DNA of 64,000 bases from Candidatus Latescibacterota bacterium (lineage in GTDB: Bacteria > Latescibacterota > CBDEFO01): the NCBI GenBank assembly GCA_965237525.1, contig CBDEFO010000006.1, positions 64,001 through 128,000 of the forward strand. The letters are read 5' to 3'. A model generated the notes under the pieces. The model did not search any database. It was not told the origin of the DNA and saw nothing but the letters and a program-made list of their open reading frames with translations. The stretch's first letter is position 1; the number at the start of each line of letters is the position of its first letter. A program made the position numbers and the translations under genes. Shown piece by piece: positions 29,253-39,739 of the stretch.

Positions 29253-31130
29253 TTAATTTGATTCTCCTCTCAATTCATCAATTGCTTTTCTTGCATCAGT
29301 GGCCAGTTCCCCGTCAGGATCGAGTTCGATGACCTTTTGAGACTTTTGAATTGCCCCGTTTTTATCCCCTTTGGCACGCAACACTTCGCCCCAGCTTAAG
29401 TACGCTATGTCACATTTTGGGTCGAGATCGATAGCCTTCTTAAACTTAGCAATTGCCTCCTCGTATCTTCCCAAGCGATACAACACCTTGCCCCAGTTGT
29501 TGTATGCATCGGCATTTTGGGGGTCGAGTTCGATGGCTTTCTCATACTTGAAAATTGCACCCTCATAATCCTCCTGAAGGGCCAACGCAACGCCCCAGCT
29601 GACGTATCCATAGGCATCTACTGGGTCGAGTTCGATGGCTTTCTCATGCTTGAAAATTGCACCCTCATAATCCTTCTGAAGGACCAACACGTCCCCCCAC
29701 ATGCGGTATGCTTTGGCATATCCTGGATCGAGTTCGATGGCTTTCTCATACTTGGCAATTGGCCCTTCATAATCCTTCTGAAGGGCCAACGTAACGCCCC
29801 AGCTGCTGTAGTATATAATGGCATTTTTTGGATCGAGTTTTATGGCTTTCTTACACTTGGAATTTACCTTCTTGAATTTTCCAATTGCCTTCTTGTCTTT
29901 TCCCTGTTCAGCTAACATAAGGCCCCAGCTATAGTACACCCAGACAGATTTTGGATCGAGTTTTATGGCTTTCTTATACTTGGCAATTGCCTTCTTGTAT
30001 TTTCTCTGGTTACCTAATGCATCGCCCCAGTTGTGGTATGCAGGGGCAAATTTTGACTCGAGTTCAGTAGCCTCCTGATATTTGTCAATTGACTCATCGT
30101 AATTTTTCTGTTCATCCAACGCAAGGCCCCACAGGTTGTACGCCCAGGGGCGGTCTTTATCTGGACCATATCGAAGAATGTGTTGTATGGTCTCAAGACA
30201 GGCTTTTCTGTCAATATCATATAGATACGACGCTAAAATGTAAGGTTGAGTATATTTGTATATGTGTTTCGCAGCTTTAAACAGAATTTTATCCAGATTT
30301 TCTAACTTGCCGGCCATGGTCTTGGCGGGCTCTCCACTAACACGGGTTGTTACATAGAGCGAATCACTTTGCACAACCACTTCGCCAACGAGTCGGGCAG
30401 CAACGTGTCCGAAAAGCTCCTTGATATGTAGAGGGAAAAACTTCAAGGAGATACCAGCCACTGCTAATTCCATCTGGGGCGGTGTCTGGGGCAAGTCGAT
30501 ACGGAATTTCCGGCCTTCCAAACTGCTGGTTGCGGTGGTTGCCATTGTATATATGAGGTTGAGTTGGTCAATTAATCTGTTTGTAATGGCCCGACCGGTA
30601 TAGCCCTTTTCCTCAAGTTCTTTAGGTACCTCAAAAGGCTCTATCAGCACAGTGTCTCTCTTTGCCTCTAAATAGATGAAAGTACCAGCGAAAACAAGCA
30701 ATAAAAGAAAAAGGGTCAAAACTGCTATACTAACTCCATTTTTGACAATGTAGTTGAGTCCCTTAAATATGTATTGAAGGAAAGACTTCAGAGAGCTACC
30801 CGCCTCTGGACCTTCGGTTTTGGGTAATGTACGAAGCGAGTCCGCAGTGTGTCGACCGGTGTCTCCCTTTTCGGAAAGTTGTTGAGGTACATCAAGAGGC
30901 TCTGTCAGCACAGTGTCTATCTTTAACTCTGTGGGAGATGTCTGAGGCGGGTCCACAGTGGCCCAAATGGTATCACCTTTTACCTCAAGATTTTGAGGTG
31001 TTTCAAGAGGTTTTGTCAGTACACTATCGCCCTTTAACTCTGCACAAGCTACAGAAGTTGATACGATCAAAACAAGGACAATCAGTACACTGCAATGTCG
31101 ACTATGTCCAGCCATGTACCGGTACCTCAT
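29253..31130 (-). CDS. Membrane-anchored TPR repeat protein
   Basis: Signal peptide, TM helix, IEPFEVPKELEEKGYTG segment, about eight TPR repeats. Confidence 0.85.
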   Translation of the reverse strand: MRYRYMAGHSRHCSVLIVLVLIVSTSVACAELKGDSVLTKPLETPQNLEVKGDTIWATVDPPQTSPTELKIDTVLTEPLDVPQQLSEKGDTGRHTADSLRTLPKTEGPEAGSSLKSFLQYIFKGLNYIVKNGVSIAVLTLFLLLLVFAGTFIYLEAKRDTVLIEPFEVPKELEEKGYTGRAITNRLIDQLNLIYTMATTATSSLEGRKFRIDLPQTPPQMELAVAGISLKFFPLHIKELFGHVAARLVGEVVVQSDSLYVTTRVSGEPAKTMAGKLENLDKILFKAAKHIYKYTQPYILASYLYDIDRKACLETIQHILRYGPDKDRPWAYNLWGLALDEQKNYDESIDKYQEATELESKFAPAYHNWGDALGNQRKYKKAIAKYKKAIKLDPKSVWVYYSWGLMLAEQGKDKKAIGKFKKVNSKCKKAIKLDPKNAIIYYSSWGVTLALQKDYEGPIAKYEKAIELDPGYAKAYRMWGDVLVLQKDYEGAIFKHEKAIELDPVDAYGYVSWGVALALQEDYEGAIFKYEKAIELDPQNADAYNNWGKVLYRLGRYEEAIAKFKKAIDLDPKCDIAYLSWGEVLRAKGDKNGAIQKSQKVIELDPDGELATDARKAIDELRGESN

Positions 31131-31148
31131 AATAAGACCACATAAGAA

Positions 31149-32144
31149 CTACCTCACCTCTCCATCTGGCGTAATACGGCTGATCTTTCCCGCCTTTCCT
31201 ACGACCAGAGTCATCCTCCAGTTGGCCTGGGCTTTGGGTCCTAAAGTGGCGTGTTCACCCCTTATTACCGCGATGTCGATTCTGTCGGGATAGCCCAGGC
31301 ACGGCTCGAGGGCAACGTTGAAGTGAGCCTTGCCCTCAAGGGGATAGCCGCCCTGGTTCGTCCACAGGCCGATGTAGGGTATCTCGGAGGGCGAAAAGCC
31401 GAATCCGACGAAGTGTTCGTCCGTGTAGTGCAGGGCGCACCAACCTTCGTCCTCATCCAACTTTTCGGTGAAAATCTTATCTCCTGCCCCCAAATCTGGA
31501 CCTTCTACCACACTTAGATCGACTTCCCTTCCGTCCTTGTCCTTTGTGATGGGCCAGTCGTGGACGGTGAAGAAGTTACCCAATCTGAAGCCGACTCCCC
31601 AGTCCGTCCTGACCTTCACGCCGTCGGGCAGAAGGATCTTAAGTTTAGGCTCGGATTTGAAGATGGGATGAATCGCCCAGTTGTACTTAAATTCGAGCGG
31701 TGAGAGGTTCACGACCTTGTAATCCATCATGATCTTGCCGCCGCCCTCAAGTTGAAAAGTACGCTCGAACATATAGGGGAAGCGTACTCCGTAGACCCAC
31801 ATTCTCACACCCTTTTCCGTTATTTCGTAGTCCCATGGGAGCGCCCATACTTCGCCGTGATCCGGGGCGATGACCCCCCTCCAGGGATATTCGGGATAGT
31901 GGCATTCCGCTATGGTCGGGAAACATTCGTCCACGCCGCTTATATCGTAATCTGGGTACGGATCTCCGTACTTGGGAGTCTTAAGTTTAACATAGGGATT
32001 CCTCCACATGAATTCGTATCCGGTCTCTTTATAGACTAAAGATACGACCTTTCCCCCGATTGACGGGATGACCTCTAATTTTATGTCTTCGTCCTCCAGA
32101 CGCAGGGCTTCGAAACCCTCAACTTCGATCTTTTCTGCATTCAT
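31149..32144 (-). CDS. Galactose mutarotase/aldose 1-epimerase-like protein
   Basis: GGKVVSL, GVDECFPT, PDHGEVW, WAIHP, ALEPC. Confidence 0.8.
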   Translation of the reverse strand: MNAEKIEVEGFEALRLEDEDIKLEVIPSIGGKVVSLVYKETGYEFMWRNPYVKLKTPKYGDPYPDYDISGVDECFPTIAECHYPEYPWRGVIAPDHGEVWALPWDYEITEKGVRMWVYGVRFPYMFERTFQLEGGGKIMMDYKVVNLSPLEFKYNWAIHPIFKSEPKLKILLPDGVKVRTDWGVGFRLGNFFTVHDWPITKDKDGREVDLSVVEGPDLGAGDKIFTEKLDEDEGWCALHYTDEHFVGFGFSPSEIPYIGLWTNQGGYPLEGKAHFNVALEPCLGYPDRIDIAVIRGEHATLGPKAQANWRMTLVVGKAGKISRITPDGEVR

Positions 32145-32147
32145 TTT

Positions 32148-33833
32148 CTATCCTCCTTGTGTCACGTTCAAAAGTCGGCGCAAAAGATTGTACCAGTCCC
32201 TTGCCTGATTGTGCCCTTTTGCTTCTCCAGCGTTGTAGAGAAGATAGGCGTTGTATTCCCCGATCTCTGCTCCAGATTGGATTGCTAAACCCCCATCCAC
32301 TGCCTGGAACGCAGCTCTGGACCAGATCTTTTCGCCTGCCGACCTCAAATATACACCGGTACCCTGCGGATCGTACGCCCCCGGGAATCCCCGCGAATCG
32401 AACGAGAGTCTCAAAGAAGCAAAGGCATCTTTGCCTCTCTCGTTGAAGAAGCCCACAAGGGCGGGGTTATTCTGCTCAAAGAACTGCCCCTCGGTGGAGA
32501 CCTCTATTTCTCCTCCCTCTATCATACTCAGCGTATGAGTAAAGGCATCGTCGAAGAGCCATTCGTCGTTCCTTACGACCGCTATGTCCACTTCCTCCTC
32601 GACATCGAGGCGAGATTCCATCGTAACATATGGCAGTCCACTGTAGAAGGCGTAGATAACTTCAATGGCCACAGCGGTCTGCGGGAGGGCAGGATAGATC
32701 GGAGATACGGGATAACCGCATCGCTTGACTATTGTGCAGATGGGTCCCTTTACCACCTTGTAGTTCGGCGGTTCTGACCAGTGGGTGATGCGAAAGCGGA
32801 GTTGATTGCTGAAATCTGGATTCCAGTGTATGCAGTTATGTTCCCCGTGCCAGGCGATGTCTAACCCGCTGTTGGGATCGTTCGACGCATCGGTTATGTT
32901 GATAGTTGTCGGCTCTTGGTACCAGATTAGCACGGTCTCTCCCCATCTCATGAACTCCAGGCCTCTCAGCTGACCCATCACAGGGGAAAGGCGCGCCCGA
33001 TAGTAGCTATTTTCTATCTCTAAGGCGTATTCCTCTCCCCTCACTATTAAATCCGTCCTATACAACGGCGTCCAGCAGGCGGGTGAGAGATTTCCGTAGA
33101 GCACAAGATAGGTCTTACTCTCCCCTGCGTCTATATCTGCCAAAAAGACGATCGAACAGCTCTTTATCCTGTCGTCCGTCTTTTGTGCATAGACCTGACA
33201 CGGGATTTCCTCTGCTGATCCTTCCTCTACAATGCGGATCTCCTTTGCCATATCGCGTACTTGGTCCCCATCGAAGACGCAGTCTATATGTATCGGTTCA
33301 CTGCGTCTGGAAAGACTCTCTCTTTCCTGAACCTTGAATCGTTTGAAGAATCGCCATCCTCCCCACCATTTGACGAACTTGTCTTTGGGCAAGGTCTCTA
33401 CAAGCTCCCACGAATCCTTTGGGACGACAAGGCGATCCCTTTCGAGCCTCCTTTCATCGCGGGGCTTAGCATCTGGATCGGCCTTCTTCTTTGACCTGAC
33501 GTGCAGTCTCCCCTCAACCGGGTCGTCCTTCTCAAAGCCGAGCACATCTCTGGCTCTCTGCGACAGACGGTCGGCTGTCCACTCTGGCTCCCAGACGCAT
33601 TCTACTGTAACTTTGCCCACGCCGTCCATTTCCAGTATCTTCTGCCGAACAGGTGAGGACAGGCTGACGATCATGAGGTGTCCCCGATTGTAGACAGCGA
33701 CCGTGACGTGTACATCCCTGTCCTGGACCTTAACGTCGTAGATCAATCCCATATCCACAACGCTCAGCGGTGTCCCGAACATCTTATCTTTAAGTTCTTT
33801 CAGTTGATTCCAAACTGCATCTTCGGTGATCAT
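32148..33833 (-). CDS. DUF59 (MIP18/SufT-like) domain fused to a large uncharacterised beta-rich domain
   Basis: SVVDMGLIYDV...VWEPEWTADRLS..AR..LG, followed by about 450 aa of unassigned sequence. Confidence 0.65.
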   Translation of the reverse strand: MITEDAVWNQLKELKDKMFGTPLSVVDMGLIYDVKVQDRDVHVTVAVYNRGHLMIVSLSSPVRQKILEMDGVGKVTVECVWEPEWTADRLSQRARDVLGFEKDDPVEGRLHVRSKKKADPDAKPRDERRLERDRLVVPKDSWELVETLPKDKFVKWWGGWRFFKRFKVQERESLSRRSEPIHIDCVFDGDQVRDMAKEIRIVEEGSAEEIPCQVYAQKTDDRIKSCSIVFLADIDAGESKTYLVLYGNLSPACWTPLYRTDLIVRGEEYALEIENSYYRARLSPVMGQLRGLEFMRWGETVLIWYQEPTTINITDASNDPNSGLDIAWHGEHNCIHWNPDFSNQLRFRITHWSEPPNYKVVKGPICTIVKRCGYPVSPIYPALPQTAVAIEVIYAFYSGLPYVTMESRLDVEEEVDIAVVRNDEWLFDDAFTHTLSMIEGGEIEVSTEGQFFEQNNPALVGFFNERGKDAFASLRLSFDSRGFPGAYDPQGTGVYLRSAGEKIWSRAAFQAVDGGLAIQSGAEIGEYNAYLLYNAGEAKGHNQARDWYNLLRRLLNVTQGG

Positions 33834-34096
33834 TTGCTCTACGTCCACAATTAACACATAACACGAGACCACCCATCTACTTGCTTATGTCTACTTTACT
33901 ATGCAATCGGTCTGAACATAAGGTATTAGTTCCTTAAAGTCAAGGGCAAAAGCACGAGCGGAAAGAGGATAGACTCCCGATTTACTTAACCCCGGGAAAA
34001 ATCCCTTTACATGCACACATCTTTTTCCTATCTTTCTTAAGTATCTGGTCTATGCCATATTCTATTGCTTATCAAACAAGCCGGACGGAGATCTAT

Positions 34097-35170
34097 ATGT
34101 CAGAATACAAAGTAGCTGTGATTCCTGGGGATGGGGTGGGCATCGAAGTCACCGCTGAGGCGGTAAAGGTCTTGAAGGCTGTGGAGGAAAAAGTAAACGG
34201 CTTGAGTTTGGAGCTTACACAGTTCGACTGGGGGTCGGATCGCCTTAAGAGGATAGGAAAGATGATGCCTGAGGACGGCATCCAGATTGCATCCAAATAC
34301 GACGCAATATTCTTCGGCGCAGTGGGCGATGCCGACATTCAAGATCATATTACATTAAATGGGCTGATCCTCCCCTTAAGGAGAAAATTCGACCAGTATA
34401 TATGTTTAAGACCATCCTATCTCTACGAAGGTGTTCAATCTCCGCTTGCAGGCAAGAGCACAGGGGATATAGACTTTGTCGTAATAAGGGAGAACGTTGA
34501 AGGGGAATACTCAGACTGCGGAGGCAGAGTCTATATGCAGATGGACGACGAAGTCGCCGTGCAGACGGCCGTCTTTACGAGGAGGGGCTGTAGGAGGGTT
34601 ATGAAATATGCGTTCCAGCTTGCCAGAAAGAGGGACAAAAAGAAGAAGGTGACGTCAATCACAAAATCGAACGCCGAGGCATATTCTATGGTGATGTGGG
34701 ACGAGGTCTTCGAGGAGGTCTCCGGGGACTATGGAGACGTAGAGACCGAAACTCTATTAGTGGATGCCGCCTGTATGGACCTGATCAGGCGGCCGCAGGA
34801 TTTCGATGTGATCGTGGCCTCAAACCTCTTTGGCGACATCCTGACTGACATAGGAGCCATCATCGCAGGAAGCATGGGACTTGCCCCCAGCGGCAACATA
34901 GATCCCGAGAGGCGCTTCCCCTCCATGTTCGAGCCCGTTCACGGCGCTGCCTTCGACCTTGTCGGCAAAGGACTCGTAAATCCGATTGCCGCTATCCTTT
35001 CCGCAAAGATGATGCTCGAATTCTTCGGAGAAAACGATGGAGCAGACCTCATAGAGTCCGCCGTGAGGCGCAATCTATCCGAAGGTAGGATAAGAACAGT
35101 GGACATCGGCGGAACTTCATCCACTCAACAGGTGGGGGACGACATTACAAGACTCATATCCGAATCATAA
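34097..35170 (+). CDS. Tartrate/isopropylmalate-family decarboxylating dehydrogenase
   Basis: IPGDGVGIEV, IRENVEGEYS, TKSNA, SNLFGDILTD, FEPVHGAAFD. Confidence 0.9.
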   Translation: MSEYKVAVIPGDGVGIEVTAEAVKVLKAVEEKVNGLSLELTQFDWGSDRLKRIGKMMPEDGIQIASKYDAIFFGAVGDADIQDHITLNGLILPLRRKFDQYICLRPSYLYEGVQSPLAGKSTGDIDFVVIRENVEGEYSDCGGRVYMQMDDEVAVQTAVFTRRGCRRVMKYAFQLARKRDKKKKVTSITKSNAEAYSMVMWDEVFEEVSGDYGDVETETLLVDAACMDLIRRPQDFDVIVASNLFGDILTDIGAIIAGSMGLAPSGNIDPERRFPSMFEPVHGAAFDLVGKGLVNPIAAILSAKMMLEFFGENDGADLIESAVRRNLSEGRIRTVDIGGTSSTQQVGDDITRLISES

Positions 35171-35282
35171 GCATCCACTATACATAAGGGGACGGTAGCC
35201 CCAGATTAGAACCTATCGGGGACTACCGGGAATAGACAGGACGCATCTTCTTCTGCCTCCTGTAAGCAAAAGGGGAATAAAG

Positions 35283-35480
35283 ATGGCAAACGGTTGGCTT
35301 ACTCCAGGGGAGATAAGCCAGATTCTAGGAAAAGACAAGATCGAAAAGATATTGCACGATCTGGTACAAGAAGAAAAGAGCAGGCCGGAGGTCCTTCAGC
35401 AGGTCACTGAATGGGCAAAGTGCAACGAGTACTCCGCCAGCGACTTTTTAAGGGAGATCGTAAAGAACCCGCCGAAATAG
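35283..35480 (+). CDS. Small hypothetical protein
   Basis: RBS-like AAGGGGG, ATG, 65 aa with helical character. Confidence 0.5.
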   Translation: MANGWLTPGEISQILGKDKIEKILHDLVQEEKSRPEVLQQVTEWAKCNEYSASDFLREIVKNPPK

Positions 35481-35573
35481 CGTAGACAGTAGCCCCCGAT
35501 CCCCGATAGACTCAATCGGGGGTAGACAGTAGACAGGCCACCTCACTCCTCCCTGTCTTCTCAAACAGTTATC

Positions 35574-36661
35574 ATGCCGGGCCATTTACGGAACATTCAC
35601 CCTGTGCTGGTGCACTTTCCACTGGCGCTCCTCATGGTAGGATTTCTATTCGACCTTGTGGCCATTTTTTGGCGATCTCAGCCTTGGATCCGCCACACCG
35701 CAACGGGGATGATCACATCGGGAACGCTCTTTCTAGTTCCTACCTATCTGACCGGCCAAAAAGCCGCAGGCGAAGCCACAAGTCCGTTTCCTCAGATGCT
35801 GGAGGTACTGGCCGAGCACGCTGACTAGGCCACTTACACGCTGTGGTTCTTCTGCGTCTATGCTATTCTTCGGCTGGCGCTGGTGGTGTTGGATCAGCTT
35901 ACAGCCGGCAAGTCCGCTGGAAGCCGCCTCCAGATCGCCGCTCTTTTGATAGGCGTCGCGGGAATTTACTTGCTCTACGAAACTGGACAGCGCGGCGGGC
36001 CTCGTCTACGAAATGAGCGTCGGAGTCCGACCCATAATTGAAGTTCCCGAAGGAGTCTTTCACAGGGAGACAGAGAAAGATACTGCAGCAGCACATCTGT
36101 CACTTCGAGTCCGACCGTAACCGGCGATGGGACGCTCCGCTGCAATTTTGAGGCGGATTCGGATGCGGCTTTCGGACAGTACTTCTCGTTTTTGGACGGT
36201 TCGGCTCTCTCCGCGTCAGTGGAAGCACAGAAAACAGTGCTGGGCCTGGAGTCGGACTTGCCGGTGCACGCCTGACCGTTCTGGATTCTGTATTTGGCGA
36301 CGTGCAGATCGATCTGATGCTGAACATAGATGACTTTAAAGGGACAGTCGGACTCGTCCACCACGTGCAGGACGCCCGAAACTGCGACTTTCTAATCACC
36401 CATGGTGACAAAACTATCCTCAGACGGATGCAGGACGGATCGGAGAAGATCTTCAGTCAAAAAAAGCTCCCCGAAAAGGGAGGATGGCGCCGATACCGCG
36501 CCGTCAGCAGCGGTAAGCACTTCAGGGGCTATCAAGATGAAAATCTTGTCGTGCACGGACACGGAGATGCCCCTAAAGCCGGAAGAGTCGTCCTTTTGAT
36601 CGAGGGGACGGGCAATCTCAGATTGGACGAGCTTGAGGTCCATCCTCTGAAAGACCACTAA
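35574..36661 (+). pseudogene. DUF2231-type membrane protein plus C-terminal beta domain, degraded
   Basis: HPVLVHFPLAL; in-frame TAG at 35826-35828; homology continues (LLYETG..GG / LVYE) across frameshifts. Confidence 0.65.
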
Positions 36662-36753
36662 GGCTTTTTCGCTTTACCCCAGAGAAAACCCCCTAAATCA
36701 GGGACTTAAACGGCAGTTCAACAGTCAAATACTCAAGAACGGAGGATATAGAT

Positions 36754-37218
36754 ATGGCAGAATTAAAGATCGGAGATATGGCCCCTGACTTCACTCTCAA
36801 GGGCACAGGAGACACCGAGATAACTCTCAGCGACCATCGCGGGGACAAGAACGTGATGTTAGTATTCTATCCGCTGGATTTCTCCCCTACCTGCTCTGTG
36901 CAGATACCGGACTACAACGAATCTTTAGATAAATTGACAGGGACAGGAACAGCCGTAATCGCCGTAAACAGAGAGTCTCTCTATACGCACGCTGCGTGGA
37001 GCGAACACCTTGGCGGGGTAAAGTTCCCCCTCCTTTCGGATATGGACCTTTCTGTAGCCAAGAAGTACGGCGTGGCAAAGCCGCAGGGATTCACCGAGAG
37101 GGCGTTATTTCTCATAGATAAAGATGGCAAAATCGCCTTCAAGAACGTAGAGGACTCCCCTGCGGACAATACGATCACAGTCAACCAGATCGTCGCAGAG
37201 CTTGAAAAGCTACGCTGA
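36754..37218 (+). CDS. Peroxiredoxin (AhpE/Bcp-like)
   Basis: [17 protein letters not shown] (PxxxSxxC), [16 protein letters not shown]. Confidence 0.9.
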   Translation: MAELKIGDMAPDFTLKGTGDTEITLSDHRGDKNVMLVFYPLDFSPTCSVQIPDYNESLDKLTGTGTAVIAVNRESLYTHAAWSEHLGGVKFPLLSDMDLSVAKKYGVAKPQGFTERALFLIDKDGKIAFKNVEDSPADNTITVNQIVAELEKLR

Positions 37219-37400
37219 TAACAAGTGGATTGCAAAGAGTGGACAGCAGACGTGGGAAGGAGGGATATGCCCTGGGAGGGATATGCCCTGTCTGTTGTCT
37301 GTGGGATAGCTTCGCCGACTTCGTGGATTGCTGCCGCCCAAGCAAAGCGACCAAGCCACCTCAGGATGACGATTTTAGGGAGCTTTTATGACACTGCCCT

Positions 37401-37469
37401 GTAGGGGCGAACCCATGTGTTCGCCCAATTTACCCGGATTTGATGGCAGATACGTGGGTCTGCCCCTAC
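37401..37469. repeat. GTAG-type REP doublet
   Basis: GTAGGGGCGAACCCATGTGTTCGCCC ... GGCAGATACGTGGGTCTGCCCCTAC. Confidence 0.8.
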
Positions 37470-37975
37470 ACATGGAGGACTTCTTTTGACTTTTGCCTTT
37501 GCAAGGACACTTCGTGCTCCGCTACCTCAACCTCACTTTCCCTAACACACCGCCGACGGCGGCTCGCCCAAGATAGTTTCTTATCTGCTATCAAAAATAC
37601 CAGGTAAGTTGGCGGAGTGGATGTTCTGTGCGGCGTCGAACTCATCTTCGTTTGACGCTGCAAACAGGAGCGTTCCGAGGGTCAGATCCAGATTGGTCTT
37701 TAGAGAATAGGTAGCCTGAACTCCGTGAAAGACGCCCCCATCCTGCAGATTGATCACGCCGTACTCCTCCCCTCTCCAAAGGGGCGTAATATCCTTGACA
37801 CGCTGAATCCACTGTAGTCTACCGCAAGATTGGAAACATCGCCCCGATTGAGTCTATCGGGGCTTACAAGCTCCTGCCAGCGGTACTCGTCCTTATCCCG
37901 TTCGCCACTAACGTTGTAGCAGCACTCCAACATAATGCAGAGTCCATCGAAAATGTGTAGTCCCTACCGGTTGAA

Positions 37976-39263
37976 TATCAAATGAAATCGGTGCACCTAA
38001 TTTGATCTTTGTTTAGAGTATTAGTAGATTAAGTTGAGTTGATTGTCTTAACTTTAATCTACGGAGTCCTATGGACAAAGAGAGATTGGCCGTATTAAGA
38101 CAAGAAGTCAACGAGATGTATTTTAAGAAAGAAATGTCAAAGCGAGAAGTTATCAAACAAGCGAGAGTTTCCAATGATTTCGTTACGGCTTGGACTAAAT
38201 CTCCGGATCAGGATTTTGCCATGGATAATCGGGGTTGGCCAAAAGGAAAAAGGCAAAAATTGGCTAAAGTTGACGAACAGAGAATCAAAGAGATTTACCA
38301 TAGCTTAGAGGACGATCCTTATCAGTTCTATTCAGGAGCCACTGTTATTGAACAAGAATGGAGGAATCGATATTCTAGCACCCCTCCTCCGTCGTTGCCG
38401 ACTATCGGCAGAATGCTTTCAGATTTAGGACTTTCCCAGAGAAGGAAGAAAGGTAAAAACAAGGGTGCATCTCGTTATCTTTGTTATCCAGAGTATACCA
38501 TTTACTATCTTTTAGGAGGCAGAGTCCTAGAATCAGACTTTATTGGTAAAAAGTATCTTACCGGCAGAACTGAGCCGGTCAACTTCGTTGGATTTTCCTT
38601 TAAGAAAGAGCCTAAGTTAAGGTATTTTCGGCGGGTTGACGGTCAAACAGCAACTAACTTTATCGAGAAGTGTCAGTCTTTCTTTGACAGGTTTGAAAAA
38701 CCAGATTTCGTTAAGGTGGACAATTGCTCGGCGACTATTGGCAGTGTTTCAGGTGAAAGGAATGTCAGCAAAGCAATGCAGTTTCTCTTGAAAAATCAAG
38801 TGATTCCGATATTTGCCGTTCCCAGAAGGCCCTTTTCTCAAGCATCTATAGAAGGCAACAATTCTGTATTTTCAAGGAAGTTCTGGAACAGAATTCAGTT
38901 CAAAAGCTTACAAGAAGTTGATCAGAAGTTAGAATGGTTTAATCTTTCATCACAGAGATACACCGGCTACCGTCCACCTAAGCAAGAGAAGTCAAACGAG
39001 AAAGATTTCATTCCCAAGACCTATTTTATCAGACAAGTCAAACAGGACACAGAACAGACAGATAAAGCCTTTATCGATGTCCTAAATGAGAAAGTATCTC
39101 TTCCCTCCTCTTACACCAACTACTTTGTCCTGGCTGAATGGAACCTAAAAGAAGAACAATTATACATCCATTTTGAAAAAGAACAGAAACCAAAGATTGT
39201 CGAAAACCTATCATTCAAGATCAATCAAAGATCGAAAGAGAAGTGCACCGATTTCATTTGATA
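37976..39263 (+). mobile_element. Unclassified DDE insertion sequence with perfect 21-bp inverted repeats (outer TA probably target duplication)
   Basis: TATCAAATGAAATCGGTGCAC (37976-37996) and GTGCACCGATTTCATTTGATA (39243-39263); visibly more AT-rich than the flanks. Confidence 0.88.
38071..39261 (+). CDS. Putative DDE transposase (HTH + integrase-core-like)
   Basis: N-terminal HTH-like region; PSLPTIGRML; candidate triad ESD / VDN / IEGNN; stop lies within the right IR. Confidence 0.75.
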   Translation: MDKERLAVLRQEVNEMYFKKEMSKREVIKQARVSNDFVTAWTKSPDQDFAMDNRGWPKGKRQKLAKVDEQRIKEIYHSLEDDPYQFYSGATVIEQEWRNRYSSTPPPSLPTIGRMLSDLGLSQRRKKGKNKGASRYLCYPEYTIYYLLGGRVLESDFIGKKYLTGRTEPVNFVGFSFKKEPKLRYFRRVDGQTATNFIEKCQSFFDRFEKPDFVKVDNCSATIGSVSGERNVSKAMQFLLKNQVIPIFAVPRRPFSQASIEGNNSVFSRKFWNRIQFKSLQEVDQKLEWFNLSSQRYTGYRPPKQEKSNEKDFIPKTYFIRQVKQDTEQTDKAFIDVLNEKVSLPSSYTNYFVLAEWNLKEEQLYIHFEKEQKPKIVENLSFKINQRSKEKCTDFI

Positions 39264-39739
39264 AATAACCCCCCCGATAAGCCCCTGAAGAAGCTGTCCG
39301 TATATCCAAAAATGGTCTCCATCTCCCCCACACGTATAAGTCCCTTGGCCCGACACGCCTGAACCCTTTATGCCTCCGGAAAAGTCCGCTAGAAGGACAG
39401 CGTCCGGCTTAAACTTTTCGCCCACAGCAGAAAATCGAAGTTCCCGATGTTTGTGCTTATGCGGCCGGCGATGTTCGAATAGTCCCAGTCCTCCTGCGGG
39501 GCGTGGATGAGCTGTGCGTTGGAGAACGTCCTCCAAGAGGATGGCTACATCCAAAGCGGCCGATTTGCAGGGGTTGCAGCAACCCACGAAGTGGTCGGAG
39601 CAACCTCGATTCTGACGTTGACACGACTTTGATGGATGAGCTGGGTTCTGAGTTTCACCCCTCGCCATGACTCAAGACGGAAGCCAAGCAAGCCTATTTC
39701 ATTAAGACCAACTTCCTTGGTCAGTTAACAACTCTAAGA

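Larger units (their letters stand above)
37670..39668 (-). pseudogene. Degraded gene, possibly an outer-membrane beta-barrel, split by an IS
   Basis: Fragments DFSGGIKGSGVSGQGTYT | IYSTGRDYTF / GLCIMLECCYNVSG / INLQDGGVFHGVQATYSLKTNLDL rejoin across the IS. Boundaries approximate. Confidence 0.45.

Noticed and set aside
35826..35828. Pyrrolysine or readthrough TAG in the DUF2231 gene
   Set aside because: A TGG>TAG change is the simpler explanation, and the gene also has downstream frameshifts.
37466..37970. RAYT transposase next to the REP doublet
   Set aside because: No HUH/Y1 motifs were seen; the translatable fragments look like a different, beta-strand-rich protein.
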